The notes: generated by a model not told the origin, from the letters alone. A DNA stretch of 52,418 bases from a virus (IMGVR_UViG_3300031673_000067:1-52418), one strand, 5' to 3'. Numbered from the stretch's first letter, positions 8,236 through 18,490 are shown. Program-made: numbers and translations.

Positions 8236-8831
8236 AATGATTTCTCAAATTCTATTCTATGCATAAAATATAATAAATTACCGTTTTTGTCTTTTAGTCT
8301 TGTGTTCCAATCTGTTCTTATAACTCCAGAATCAGTGTCATGATATTTTATAGGATTATTTCCTGTAATAAGACAATAATGACCAGACATTATTTTTTGT
8401 GGATCATAAGGCACCCTGGCAATATAATAATAATCAGGGTGTTTAATATCTATTTCCCCTGTCCAGTAATAATCTATATTTTTGATTTTAAAAACCATTT
8501 TTGCAATTGCCCAAACAATATTACTTTCCATATATCCCCATGGTTTACAATTTGATATATCCTGTAATGCTTCATATCCCTTGTAATATCGCATCAACTC
8601 ATTTCCTTTTGAAGGTATCCTTAATGTGGTATTATATTTTTCACAATATGCACTACACAATGCTGTTATTAGACATCCATAACGTCCTATAGTATCGTTT
8701 CGCTTACCATTTTTGTGTTTTTCCCATCGTGCAGATATTTCTTTTTCTTTCATGTTAGGAAAATCATCTTCACCGGTCATTGAGTCTTTTATCCATCTTT
8801 CGTCTGTCTGTCTGAATAACAACATATACAC
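8232..8831 (-). CDS. C39-like (papain-fold) peptidase, candidate endolysin
   Basis: FRQTDERW, TIGRYGCLITAL (Cys), GHYCLITG (His), YHD (Asp); first gene after the tail fibre. Confidence 0.7.
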   Translation of the reverse strand: MYMLLFRQTDERWIKDSMTGEDDFPNMKEKEISARWEKHKNGKRNDTIGRYGCLITALCSAYCEKYNTTLRIPSKGNELMRYYKGYEALQDISNCKPWGYMESNIVWAIAKMVFKIKNIDYYWTGEIDIKHPDYYYIARVPYDPQKIMSGHYCLITGNNPIKYHDTDSGVIRTDWNTRLKDKNGNLLYFMHRIEFEKSL

Positions 8832-8840
8832 TCCTAATTT

Positions 8841-10094
8841 TTATATTTCATGTATTGTAAAATTATTTCTTACATCTCCCTTCAGTGTACCTGTTTGACC
8901 ACTTAAAAGAACATTTATGGTAGTATTTTGGATTATAGTACCTGTAGTAGACAAAACATGATCTATAATTTGAGATGATGATAATTCAGTTGTTAGTGAA
9001 CGCAATGCACCTGCAAAACCAAATGAGGTATTACGCACCCCAGCAAAAGGAGTTGTGTATTGAAAAGTGTTTATAGATACAACAGCTTCGATAGTTCTTT
9101 TTGAGGTAAAATAGGGAGAAATATATTCAGAATTATTATCATATATAATAGTATCGTATGGTATAGTTGTTCCACCGGAAGCTACTGCTAAATTTGTAGT
9201 TCTTTGTACATACATCCTTGTTTTTGGAATATTAGGAATGTAAAAATTGCTTGTGACTCCAGTTAGTGTAGCGTTTGTTTTGAATACTCCAAAAACTCTA
9301 TAATTATTAACTCCATCGCTTGTTCTACAATATTTTCTATCAGCATCCCAAATTGAATACATATTTAATTGATTTCCTAATACTCCCGTCCATCCCGTCA
9401 AACTAGCAATTGTCACAGCACTAATAGCCTGGTTGTCCTCCCGTGCTACACACGCATACCATGTGCTTGCAGAAAGTGCAGTCAAATCTATCGTAACATC
9501 CGTATTAAGATTAATTAATTTCCTAAGCCCTGGTGTAGGTTCAATTTCAATTTTAGGTTTTACTATTAATAAATTAGTTCCACTTACATTTAATTCTGTT
9601 TGTATATATCCAATATCAGGCATGCTGTTAATTTGAACAAGCTCCCAGTAGTCGGAAGAGAGATTATATCTAATCGCTATCTGTCCTATCAACCCGATAG
9701 GTGCAGAATTTAAATTCTTTGCTCCCAATAATGTACCTGTGGTTTGACCTATATTGACTGTCACTGCTGTTGATGTCGTTGCAGTTGTTTTGTCAAATAT
9801 AACTATCATTCCGTCCATTTGTGCGTATGCATCAGGACAGATAAGTCCTGTGACACCAGTTTTAGGCGTAAGCACAATTTGATTTACGGTTGATGAATCT
9901 ACAAATGTTTGAGCGCTAGTTCCATTAATAAACATTGCTCTACCTAATTGACCAGGCGTTTTTAATTGACTTAGCACCTGTCCAGTAACCTCAACACTTT
10001 CCTGTATTTCATTTTTATCGTCGTTAAATTCATCTGCTGATAATTCCCCAGAAGCCCCCGCTGTGTTGTCTAATTTATCCCCAATATCTAACAT
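8841..10094 (-). CDS. Tail fibre protein
   Basis: Follows the baseplate genes; Mu-like fibre N-terminus; Thr/Gly-rich; C1q-like C-terminus (TIPYDTIIYDN). Confidence 0.75.
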   Translation of the reverse strand: MLDIGDKLDNTAGASGELSADEFNDDKNEIQESVEVTGQVLSQLKTPGQLGRAMFINGTSAQTFVDSSTVNQIVLTPKTGVTGLICPDAYAQMDGMIVIFDKTTATTSTAVTVNIGQTTGTLLGAKNLNSAPIGLIGQIAIRYNLSSDYWELVQINSMPDIGYIQTELNVSGTNLLIVKPKIEIEPTPGLRKLINLNTDVTIDLTALSASTWYACVAREDNQAISAVTIASLTGWTGVLGNQLNMYSIWDADRKYCRTSDGVNNYRVFGVFKTNATLTGVTSNFYIPNIPKTRMYVQRTTNLAVASGGTTIPYDTIIYDNNSEYISPYFTSKRTIEAVVSINTFQYTTPFAGVRNTSFGFAGALRSLTTELSSSQIIDHVLSTTGTIIQNTTINVLLSGQTGTLKGDVRNNFTIHEI

Positions 10095-10126
10095 TTATTT
10101 CTCCTTTATATAATTATTTATTTTAC

Positions 10127-10798
10127 CTATATTAATAGTTCATATTCCCAATTCATAAAAGATGGAACAACATCATTTAAAGCAATATCAATTAAATCTT
10201 TTGTTGCCTGTGGTATTTCTGCGTTAAAAAATCTTACTGGAAATTCCAGAGGAAATTGATTGTTTGCTAATACGTCACCTCCCAAATCTATCAAAATATA
10301 TAACAACAATTGTCTTTGAAAATACGGTATTCCAAACTTTATCGGGAATGCTGCTGGAAAACTTGATGTTGTCAATCTATCACTTGCAGGTTCTATTACT
10401 ATATCCTGATCTACCATTTTTTTTACATAGTTTTCAATCGTTGTATCGTCATCATCAGCAGGACGGATATTATATACAGGTATTTTTGATATTTTTCGTT
10501 TGACGGCTTCTCTTCTTTTTTCTATCGTGTCAAGCATAGGATATTTAGTACCAATCTCTGTCGATGTTTCCCACTCTGGCAATAATTCATCGACTCTATC
10601 AATATCTGTATTTTTTGCCAGGGTATATAATTGTCCTGTTATTATTTTAATCCATATTGACAAACTTTTAATAAATTTATAAATTATTCGTTCACTATCA
10701 AATCTATTTGCAGTTAATTTACCATCAGGATAGCATTGAGCTAAATAATTTTGTGATTCTTCATCTGTAAACGACCGAAAACTATTAATATTTTTCAT
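10127..10798 (-). CDS. Baseplate protein, Mu gp48/YmfQ (DUF2313)-like
   Basis: ELLPEWE and TIEKRREAV motifs; follows baseplate J. Confidence 0.75.
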   Translation of the reverse strand: MKNINSFRSFTDEESQNYLAQCYPDGKLTANRFDSERIIYKFIKSLSIWIKIITGQLYTLAKNTDIDRVDELLPEWETSTEIGTKYPMLDTIEKRREAVKRKISKIPVYNIRPADDDDTTIENYVKKMVDQDIVIEPASDRLTTSSFPAAFPIKFGIPYFQRQLLLYILIDLGGDVLANNQFPLEFPVRFFNAEIPQATKDLIDIALNDVVPSFMNWEYELLI

Positions 10799-12138
10799 AC
10801 AAATGTTACCGTTCCTCTTATATATATTTCGCCACTTGCAGCCACTAAATTACTAGACGGATTGTTTACCGTTACTGCTGTCAATCTTGCTCCTGTTGCA
10901 TCTGTAATAGTTCTTAGAAATGTTTTTATGTCTTCTAATAATATAGTATATGTTGGATTTCCTACCTGTGCATTATCACGGAAAAAATCTATCAATCTAT
11001 TTCTTACAGCATTCTGCATACTTACAGTATTTGGAGTTAAGTCCTGTAATTCAAAATTTTGTTGTACTAATATTGGCGCAAATAAATATAAATTTTCATC
11101 ACTTGTTAACGTTGGCCAGTTTCCATCATCAATTATTTGTTGTTTTGTTTCATCTAATATTGTTTGAGATGGTGTTATCGAAACATCGTTATCTCTCAAT
11201 ACGTATATTACAGTTTGTCCCAGGGCTGGTATATAACCCGGTACCCCTGGAGTTCCTACAGGTGATGTTTGCCCACGTTCGACAAATACTCTAGTATTAC
11301 CAGCAATTTTTTTTGCAGAGAATATTTCTCCAGATATAGCCGCAATTCCTGGTGTAAGATTTTGAGCTTCGCCAACTCTTACCTTAAAATCTTTTGTGCT
11401 TTCTAAATCAGTTCCACCACTTATTCCACCTGTTTGCGCATATGCAGTGTCATCTATATCTACAACATCTATTTGCAAAGTACCACCAGCACCTATATTT
11501 GTGTTTTGTCCGCTTGCTAAACATTCTATGTTTAGTGATGCATATGTGGCTAGATAATCTCCGCTGTCTGTTGTTAGACTACCTGCTGTCAATTCATATT
11601 GAAATGTTACATTGTCTATTACAGTTATTACAAAAGTTCCGTTGTAATCTGTTTGCACAGCATTAGATATTGTTACTGTTATTCCTGTTGATAATGTGTG
11701 TTCTGCGGCTGTTATTGCTGTTACAATACCCCCAGAATAACTTAAATCTATCTCCCCTTCATATTCTTGCACAACTGCATCTTGTAACACAGAATATGTT
11801 AAACCGTTATTTCCTGTTAGGTTTGTGCCTGTAGGGATTATTGTATTTAATACACCCTCAACACTACAAAATCCTATAGCGCTTTGTGGTTCGTTTTGTG
11901 TTATTTTATTGTACTCACCAGTTTTGGCAAGGAAATCGCCATCCTGAGTTTGCCAGAACATTTGATCAACTGCATCCTCTAATCCTTCCTGCAAATTGCT
12001 TGCAGCTACAGCACTGGTAACGGCTGCCATTTTTGCCAGACTTGCTTCTATAGTAGGATCAACTTCCGGTAATTCTTTTGAAAATTTACCCACTATTGAA
12101 TTATAAAAATCTGTAACTGTTTTTAATAATAATGGCAT
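10795..12138 (-). CDS. Baseplate J / Mu gp47-like wedge protein
   Basis: QMFWQTQDGDFL, GQNTNIGAG, GGTDLES...FKVRV, GQTVIYVL; likely start 12138 (TAATG overlap). Confidence 0.88.
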   Translation of the reverse strand: MPLLLKTVTDFYNSIVGKFSKELPEVDPTIEASLAKMAAVTSAVAASNLQEGLEDAVDQMFWQTQDGDFLAKTGEYNKITQNEPQSAIGFCSVEGVLNTIIPTGTNLTGNNGLTYSVLQDAVVQEYEGEIDLSYSGGIVTAITAAEHTLSTGITVTISNAVQTDYNGTFVITVIDNVTFQYELTAGSLTTDSGDYLATYASLNIECLASGQNTNIGAGGTLQIDVVDIDDTAYAQTGGISGGTDLESTKDFKVRVGEAQNLTPGIAAISGEIFSAKKIAGNTRVFVERGQTSPVGTPGVPGYIPALGQTVIYVLRDNDVSITPSQTILDETKQQIIDDGNWPTLTSDENLYLFAPILVQQNFELQDLTPNTVSMQNAVRNRLIDFFRDNAQVGNPTYTILLEDIKTFLRTITDATGARLTAVTVNNPSSNLVAASGEIYIRGTVTFV

Positions 12139-12554
12139 TAAATAGCCCTCCACAACGAATTATATTTTAATGTTGTATCATTCGACAACTCGATAGTCCC
12201 TGCAATGTTATCTCCGATTATTTCCGCTGTGATTCTTTTTGCACCATATTTACGAAAATATTTCAAACATAGTTTTGTATACTCAGCTATCTCGTTTTTA
12301 TCTGTTTGTGTATTTCTACTTTGTGCTTTTGTATACAAATAACTACCAGCCTCATATCCGGGTTTCGTTATCAGATCACCCAGCCATCCCCCACGCTCAC
12401 GCGGAGTAGACACTTGAAATCTGCTCGCACGTTTATTAGTAAACATCTGGTAATATATAGCTGTCTCAAAACTATCAACCGTCACAAACTGTTTATTTTC
12501 AATTACCAGATCAAATGTAGTATCTTCTAATTGTTCAACTTTAAAGTCTTGCAT
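12138..12554 (-). CDS. Mu gp46-like baseplate protein
   Basis: FETAIYYQMFTNKRA, RGGWLGD, GSYLY motifs. Confidence 0.8.
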   Translation of the reverse strand: MQDFKVEQLEDTTFDLVIENKQFVTVDSFETAIYYQMFTNKRASRFQVSTPRERGGWLGDLITKPGYEAGSYLYTKAQSRNTQTDKNEIAEYTKLCLKYFRKYGAKRITAEIIGDNIAGTIELSNDTTLKYNSLWRAI

Positions 12555-13121
12555 TTATAACTCCGGCACTTCAATTTCTTCTATTTTTGCAGGATCAATA
12601 TCCGCTGTTGAAGCAACTGTGGGGCTTCCGGTGCTTCCCGATACTGCTCCTGCGAGACTATCCACCAAACTAAACCCGGTGCTTGCATTTGTATGAACAT
12701 GGTTATCAAAATCACTTTTTAATTGATCAAAAGCTGTTTTTAGTTCGTTAAACCTTACCATATTATCTCCGCCGAGAGTATCCCCTATTTTAAACTTTAT
12801 TTTATCATCATCTGTATATCTCATTCTTGCTTTTAGTGTTGGTATCCCTATTGCTAATTCTTTATCATTCAAATCATCGTCTCTATTAATTATATCAGTA
12901 GCAATTGTCACTAGCGATTCTTCATTACCATCTGCCTGCATTGTCAAACAATATATATCAGACGTGTCAGGTAATTTATAAAATATCCCATACGGTATTA
13001 TTTTTAATGCTTTTTTATTCTGTCCATATATTTTTACTTTTATTATTTGTTCGTCTACTGTTTCTACTTTTGTAGTACTTTTAATTAGATTTTTAATTTT
13101 TTGCATTATGTTAAAATACAT
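12555..13121 (-). CDS. Mu gp45-like baseplate spike
   Basis: PYGIFYKLP motif; C-terminal HVH metal-binding apex; synteny. Confidence 0.75.
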   Translation of the reverse strand: MYFNIMQKIKNLIKSTTKVETVDEQIIKVKIYGQNKKALKIIPYGIFYKLPDTSDIYCLTMQADGNEESLVTIATDIINRDDDLNDKELAIGIPTLKARMRYTDDDKIKFKIGDTLGGDNMVRFNELKTAFDQLKSDFDNHVHTNASTGFSLVDSLAGAVSGSTGSPTVASTADIDPAKIEEIEVPEL

Positions 13122-13123
13122 AA

Positions 13124-14173
13124 TTACTCCTGATAGACATCTGCTAACACAACTGTATTAGCGTTATATGTAGACAGATCGGCTTCTAATGTATATGCGT
13201 CAGGCTCTGTCATTGTTAATGTAGTATATTCCCCGGCTTCCGAAAAATTATATCTTACATCTTTTATTACAAATATTCCTTTTACACCTTTTTTTGTATC
13301 TGTTACATTAACAATTTTTCCCTCTTCCCACAGCTCACCATTAGCGCTAAACCCTGCTACTTTTGCAGTATATTGAAAACTTCTTATCCGCCTTATGTTT
13401 GCTTCCTCTATAGCCGCAAATGCGCACTCATCTGCATTCATAGGTTTATCAGATATTTTCTCAAATAATCGTGTATCTCTTACCAGAGAATCAGTTGCCT
13501 CTCCAACCACATTAAAATTAGTTGTTTTCTTTTGTTCTGTTACATTAGCGTTCGAATAAACCTTATAGGTACCAAACCTCTGCGAATAGTCCAGGTTAAT
13601 GCTAGACTCTAATATATTTATTCCCTCGACTAGATGTGTTTTGAGTACACCTCCAGGTCTCCTGATTATAATATTACCGTCTCCGTCTGTGTTTAGAAAG
13701 ACCTGTACTTTTCGTGCATATTCCTGCAAAAACTCAAAACAATTTTTTCCTGTCTCAGCTGCTTTTACTTCATCATTAAATGTAGCTACTATGTTATCTG
13801 TTATTGTTATATTTAATCCTAGTCCAGTAACCGCCTTTGATACTAAGTCTTTATATACCGTAACCCCATCGACATTTTTTAAATCATCTGGACAACTGCT
13901 ATCTATAATATCTGCTGCTAAAGTCCTTAGTTTAAAATTTAAATCATGTGATGTATCACTCTCGCTATCATTAACTTTCTCTGCATACCCTGTAATTAGT
14001 TTTATATCATCAAGATATATAGAAACCTTATCATTTATTTTTATAACGCTATTTAAATCCACTGCCTCGCTTACTATTAATTGCGCCTCTTTTGAAAAAT
14101 CATCAAGACTTCCTGAAATATCAACTTGTTTGTATAGATTGTATCCGGTTCCATTAACCTCAACACGTATCAT
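13124..14173 (-). CDS. Mu gp44 (gpP)-like baseplate hub
   Basis: ITGYAEKV, AADIIDSS, TDGDGNIII, ELWEEGKIVNVTD. Confidence 0.85.
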   Translation of the reverse strand: MIRVEVNGTGYNLYKQVDISGSLDDFSKEAQLIVSEAVDLNSVIKINDKVSIYLDDIKLITGYAEKVNDSESDTSHDLNFKLRTLAADIIDSSCPDDLKNVDGVTVYKDLVSKAVTGLGLNITITDNIVATFNDEVKAAETGKNCFEFLQEYARKVQVFLNTDGDGNIIIRRPGGVLKTHLVEGINILESSINLDYSQRFGTYKVYSNANVTEQKKTTNFNVVGEATDSLVRDTRLFEKISDKPMNADECAFAAIEEANIRRIRSFQYTAKVAGFSANGELWEEGKIVNVTDTKKGVKGIFVIKDVRYNFSEAGEYTTLTMTEPDAYTLEADLSTYNANTVVLADVYQE

Positions 14174-14994
14174 ATTTGAACTACCTCAATTTCACCCTGC
14201 ATAGCATGTGCTGGTTGTTCGGTGTTTAATCCCTTTAGTATTGCAGAAATATTATTCAAATCTGTCTCGGTTTTAATATTTTCACCATACAGTTGATAAC
14301 TTATAAGCTGTGCTGCATATTTTCTCTCTAGTTTTATTGATATTGTATTGTATGCGTTTTGTTCTTTGTTTGCGAAAACTTTTAAAGTTATATCCCTTAG
14401 TTTATCAAGATCATTTTTTATATCTGGTATTAATATTTTAGTTGTATCATTTTCTATTAGTGTTTCGTATATATCAATTATCTGATTTCTTATTTCTTTT
14501 ACATCATTTACAGTTGTATAATTTCTAGTTGTAGCTGTAGTCAGCATTCCTATTATACCATACAGACGAAAACTATTTATTATTGTTATTCTATTATTAT
14601 TCCTAACTTCCCTTTCCTGTGTAGTCTCATTCCATACTGGAATACCATAATCACATACTACTTTTTCAGAAGTTCCGCTCGGTCGTGGGAATATGTTATT
14701 GTTAATATCATTCATTTCGTTTGTATAATCAAAACCCAAACACGTAATTTTTACAAACATATCATAATTATTTGTCTCTAATCTTATTCTTTCTAAATAT
14801 CCGGTAGGATTTGTCTGTGCAAACAAAATATTTGCAAGCGTGTTTCGATTATATATAGATATATTTATTTTACGTACAAATTCTCTATAGGCTTTTTTAT
14901 TACCAGTTATTGCCAATACGTCAGCCGCTAATTTATTCAAATCATAGATAATAGCGTTTATGTTATTATTTGTAGCTGGTACAATATAATTCAA
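14170..14994 (-). CDS. C-terminal part of Mu gpN-like DNA circularization protein
   Basis: TTG start with AGGAG 7 nt upstream; C-terminal AAQLISYQLYG...LN motif typical of gpN ends. Confidence 0.6.
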   Translation of the reverse strand: MNYIVPATNNNINAIIYDLNKLAADVLAITGNKKAYREFVRKINISIYNRNTLANILFAQTNPTGYLERIRLETNNYDMFVKITCLGFDYTNEMNDINNNIFPRPSGTSEKVVCDYGIPVWNETTQEREVRNNNRITIINSFRLYGIIGMLTTATTRNYTTVNDVKEIRNQIIDIYETLIENDTTKILIPDIKNDLDKLRDITLKVFANKEQNAYNTISIKLERKYAAQLISYQLYGENIKTETDLNNISAILKGLNTEQPAHAMQGEIEVVQI

Positions 14995-15449
14995 AATGAC
15001 TCTCCTATTAATCCTGATGTTGTATTAGCGGAGGCAGACGCATCCTGGCTTGTAGCAACCGAACTAGTCGGCGCTGGTTTTTCTACCGTTTCTGAGAAAA
15101 CAACACTTGTTGTAATCTCGCCTATGCTTTCCTGTGTCATTCTTGCCGAGGCTGGTCTTGCTACTATATTTTCAAACACTCCTAATGTAGGCACAGACAA
15201 TATACCCGGAGTTTGGTCTTCAACCGCTAATTTGAACAGTTCAAAATCGTCTTTATAATTAGCACCCTGAAAAAATATATCAATAGTGAGCTGCAATGGC
15301 GCTACCCCTTGCGCCTCTTCATACCTCACTGAACTGTTAGGATAATTATGTGTAATTCGTTTTTGTCCATAATCATCTAAACTTTCCTGTCTAACAAAAA
15401 ATGGAACTGATTTATAGCTTGCTGGTAATAACCCTGTTGTCCTACTCAT
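14991..15449 (-). CDS. DNA circularization protein N-terminal domain (Mu gpN-like)
   Basis: LLPASYKSVPFFV, HNYP, PGILSVPTLG, FSE motifs. Confidence 0.85.
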   Translation of the reverse strand: MSRTTGLLPASYKSVPFFVRQESLDDYGQKRITHNYPNSSVRYEEAQGVAPLQLTIDIFFQGANYKDDFELFKLAVEDQTPGILSVPTLGVFENIVARPASARMTQESIGEITTSVVFSETVEKPAPTSSVATSQDASASANTTSGLIGESF

Positions 15450-15455
15450 ATAATC

Positions 15456-17405
15456 CTACTTCGCATAATTCATATTCATTCCGAGATTCCCCGATTTGTT
15501 AAATGGTTGTATACCTATCCCTTTTTCAGTATATATGTTCAAATCCATGTTAGCATTAAGATTTTGATTTTGGTTATTTACAACTGGTGCTACTGTTGGT
15601 GTTGTAGGCGCTGCCACGTATTTAATATCATACTGTGATCGTCTTAACATTGCGGCTAAATCTCCGACTCTTTTTACTGTCAATCGTTCTGTAGCCCCTG
15701 CCGCCTGGTCTAGCGCTCCTGTTATTTTTTCTGTGTTATATAATGCATTTTTCTGTCTATCTTCTAATGATTTCATTATATCTGTATTTTTTGTTTCTTC
15801 AATATCAGCTTGCATCCTGGCTCTTTCTTTGTCCATCTCAGCCTGTTTTTTTCGCATCGCTTCTTCATCACCAAACAATTTTTCTTTAAAGTTAGCAATT
15901 CCTTGTAGTGCATTTTTAGCCCATTTCCCAACACCTGGTATGTTAGAAGCTACTTTCAATATAGCTTCTAGCGGATTGAGTAACGCTGATACAATAACTT
16001 TACCTATCGCTAAAATTCCCTGACCTATACCGCCTGTTGTGAATGCCAGTTTTACATATTGCCACCGCAATTGTATTTCTCTAATCACGTCTATAATTGG
16101 AAGAAACATTTTGGTAACATTTATAATAACTTCTCTTAAAGTTTCTGGATCAACATTGAAAACATCTGCTATTTTATCAGTTACATCTGTAAAGATGTTT
16201 TTTGCTTTATTCCATAGCTCCATTACTTTATCCCAATTTTTATACAGAATTATAGTTAATCCAATAGCAATACCTATTGCTGTTATAACCATTCCTACTG
16301 GGTTTGCCCTCATAAGAGCATTAAATATCGCCTGTACAATATTAGCAGATTTTTGAGCTTTTACCATTCTCATTATAATATTAACATATTTTATCATTGG
16401 CGCAACTGCTACAGCCGTCATCATTGCAACTCTGTAAATTTTCCATGCAACTACCATCCCTAATATCATGGGAACAAATGGTTTAATTATTTTATACATT
16501 ATCTTAATTGTATTTATTGCTTTACTAATAATATTCATAGCTAAATCAAATGCCTGTACAATTCTCAATCCTATTTCCTCAGCGTTTATCCCGGCTACTA
16601 TTTTGTTAAGTTTTTTGAATATATCTGTAATTTTTGGCAATATAGGTAACATTATCTGTCCTAGTTTTTCCCCAAACCTGGTCTGTAATACTCTTTGCTG
16701 GTTTGCTAACGATTCTTCTAATGTTTTATTAAAATCTCCTTGCGCATCCCTGGAAGCGTTCATGATAAATTGATACCTCAACATTGTTTGTTGCTGTTGT
16801 GACATGTTCTTCCACTGTGTTTTAATACCCTGTGTCAACGCAAATGTCTCCATGTTGGCTACACTCATATTTATGCCGAGCTGTTTTAGGGGTTCTGTCT
16901 CTCCTGAAATTCCCGACCTAAGTTTCATAAACGCTTCTTCATGTGGTAAGTTATAAAATGACGCAAAATCCCCGGCTAATCCGGTTAAATCCTGCGCCAT
17001 ATAGGAGAGGTTATCGCCAGTAATCCCAGTAGATTTTAATAATGCTCCCATAGTTCCTGTAAACTGCTTTGCTTGTAATTCAGATAAACCAAATGAGTCA
17101 AGTGCTGTTTTAGCCCATGCATCCATTACGGGGGTTGCCTCTTTAAATGTGGTTGATACAACGTTTTGTGCTTCTGTCAGATCACTTGCTAAAGAAACAC
17201 CTTTTACAAACGCTGCTGTCAATCCTCCGATAGCTGCTATGGCTCCTACTGTTGTCAATGTTCTAAATCCTGATTGTAATCCTGCTAATTGTTGTTGTGC
17301 TATTCCCACATCTTTTATTAATTGTTTTTGAGCATTTTTCATAACTTTTAATTTTGGAGAATATTGATCAATTAGTTTATATATATACTCTATTGTATTA
17401 GCCAC
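15456..17405 (-). CDS. Tail tape measure protein
   Basis: 649 aa, GTG start; ASDLTEAQN, GISGETEPLKQLGINM, ANPVGMVITAI. Confidence 0.92.
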   Translation of the reverse strand: MANTIEYIYKLIDQYSPKLKVMKNAQKQLIKDVGIAQQQLAGLQSGFRTLTTVGAIAAIGGLTAAFVKGVSLASDLTEAQNVVSTTFKEATPVMDAWAKTALDSFGLSELQAKQFTGTMGALLKSTGITGDNLSYMAQDLTGLAGDFASFYNLPHEEAFMKLRSGISGETEPLKQLGINMSVANMETFALTQGIKTQWKNMSQQQQTMLRYQFIMNASRDAQGDFNKTLEESLANQQRVLQTRFGEKLGQIMLPILPKITDIFKKLNKIVAGINAEEIGLRIVQAFDLAMNIISKAINTIKIMYKIIKPFVPMILGMVVAWKIYRVAMMTAVAVAPMIKYVNIIMRMVKAQKSANIVQAIFNALMRANPVGMVITAIGIAIGLTIILYKNWDKVMELWNKAKNIFTDVTDKIADVFNVDPETLREVIINVTKMFLPIIDVIREIQLRWQYVKLAFTTGGIGQGILAIGKVIVSALLNPLEAILKVASNIPGVGKWAKNALQGIANFKEKLFGDEEAMRKKQAEMDKERARMQADIEETKNTDIMKSLEDRQKNALYNTEKITGALDQAAGATERLTVKRVGDLAAMLRRSQYDIKYVAAPTTPTVAPVVNNQNQNLNANMDLNIYTEKGIGIQPFNKSGNLGMNMNYAK

Positions 17406-17413
17406 CTAAACCC

Positions 17414-17620
17414 CTATTTGTTTTTCTCTACATAGTCATTAACTTCATTTATTACAATGTCTCGCTCAAAACTGCTCATGTTAACAAAATCCTTAAATCC
17501 AATTCCGCCGTTTGTAATAATAGATACCCTTACAGCATGCTTTATTTTGTCATAGCTCCTGTTTGCTTTTCCTGTTGTTTTGTCTCCTCGACAGCATTCT
17601 GTAAGGGATTTACGAAAAAA
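17414..17620 (-). CDS. -1 frameshift extension of the tail assembly chaperone (gpGT-like)
   Basis: Slippery T TTT TTC at 17620-17614. The -1 frame is open for 68 codons to TAG at 17416-17414, just before the tape measure gene. Confidence 0.75.
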   Translation of the reverse strand, partial: FFRKSLTECCRGDKTTGKANRSYDKIKHAVRVSIITNGGIGFKDFVNMSSFERDIVINEVNDYVEKNK

Positions 17621-18096
17621 GCCATGTAGTTAAAGACGATTTTCAGTTTATCATCTCTATGTATTCCTTGCCAGATAGGTATCGTCATTTGTTGGTTTAT
17701 ATCTCCAGCATATACTAAACCTGCATTTATCAAGTCCTCAAATTTTTGTACGTATTCTGACAATGGTACTGCTCTCGACATGCTGGCAAACATTTTTAAG
17801 CCCTTGCCAACTTCATCAACTTCTTTTGTAGACGGACAATCTTTTTTGTGAAAATCTTCTACATCTTTGCTACTGTCATTTGCGATTGTTTTATTTCTCT
17901 GATTTTGATCTTGCATAGCCGGAGCATTAAACATCGATGTCGTAAACATTTGTTCAAAATCCATTGCCACAAACTCAGTATCATAAGTAATGTCTTTGCA
18001 AATAACTGTTTTTACATCAACATAATTACCGTCTTTTGAGACTTTGTAAGGTTTTGTTTCGACAACTAACAATCCCTCTTTTCTACTATTTCTCAT
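17542..18096 (-). CDS. Tail assembly chaperone (gpG-like)
   Basis: Between tube and tape measure genes; contains the slippery site at MAFF. Confidence 0.7.
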   Translation of the reverse strand: MRNSRKEGLLVVETKPYKVSKDGNYVDVKTVICKDITYDTEFVAMDFEQMFTTSMFNAPAMQDQNQRNKTIANDSSKDVEDFHKKDCPSTKEVDEVGKGLKMFASMSRAVPLSEYVQKFEDLINAGLVYAGDINQQMTIPIWQGIHRDDKLKIVFNYMAFFVNPLQNAVEETKQQEKQTGAMTK

Positions 18097-18105
18097 ATAT
18101 TCCCC

Positions 18106-18489
18106 TTATACAGCCATCGGATCGCCCTGAAATTCCACGTCAATAACGCCGTCTGCGGTTGGTGGTATATCAGGATCATTTACCATACTGGCAAGTATTA
18201 AATTGAATGGAATCCCTCTAACATCAATCCCTGAGACAGTGTTTGCATTTATATTTGCTTTCCATGTTGTCATTTGCTGGATAAGTGCGTCCACAACATG
18301 TATCTGAAATTTCACCATACCTATTTTGTTTTCAACATTCTCGGTATGAACAGTTGTAACCGCTCCTCCTCCGATACTTGCTGCTCTTACTGTTGTTTCC
18401 CCAAACCCTTTTTTGTATGTAACAGAGTTTGGAACAACACCGATCGGTATGTTATTTATAACTATTACAGGTGTGCTTTTGCCTATCAT
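18106..18489 (-). CDS. Tail tube protein
   Basis: 127 aa after the sheath; C-terminal DGVIDVEFQG typical of Mu-like tubes. Confidence 0.8.
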   Translation of the reverse strand: MIGKSTPVIVINNIPIGVVPNSVTYKKGFGETTVRAASIGGGAVTTVHTENVENKIGMVKFQIHVVDALIQQMTTWKANINANTVSGIDVRGIPFNLILASMVNDPDIPPTADGVIDVEFQGDPMAV

Positions 18490-18490
18490 A

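Noticed and set aside
8841-10094. Mu-like invertible tail-fibre segment
   Set aside because: Single fibre gene, with no invertase, no inverted second fibre end and no flanking inverted repeats noticed.
13599-14204. 201-aa plus-strand ORF and the many other antisense ORFs across the structural region
   Set aside because: They lie opposite well-supported genes, lack RBSs and motifs, and have shadow-frame composition.
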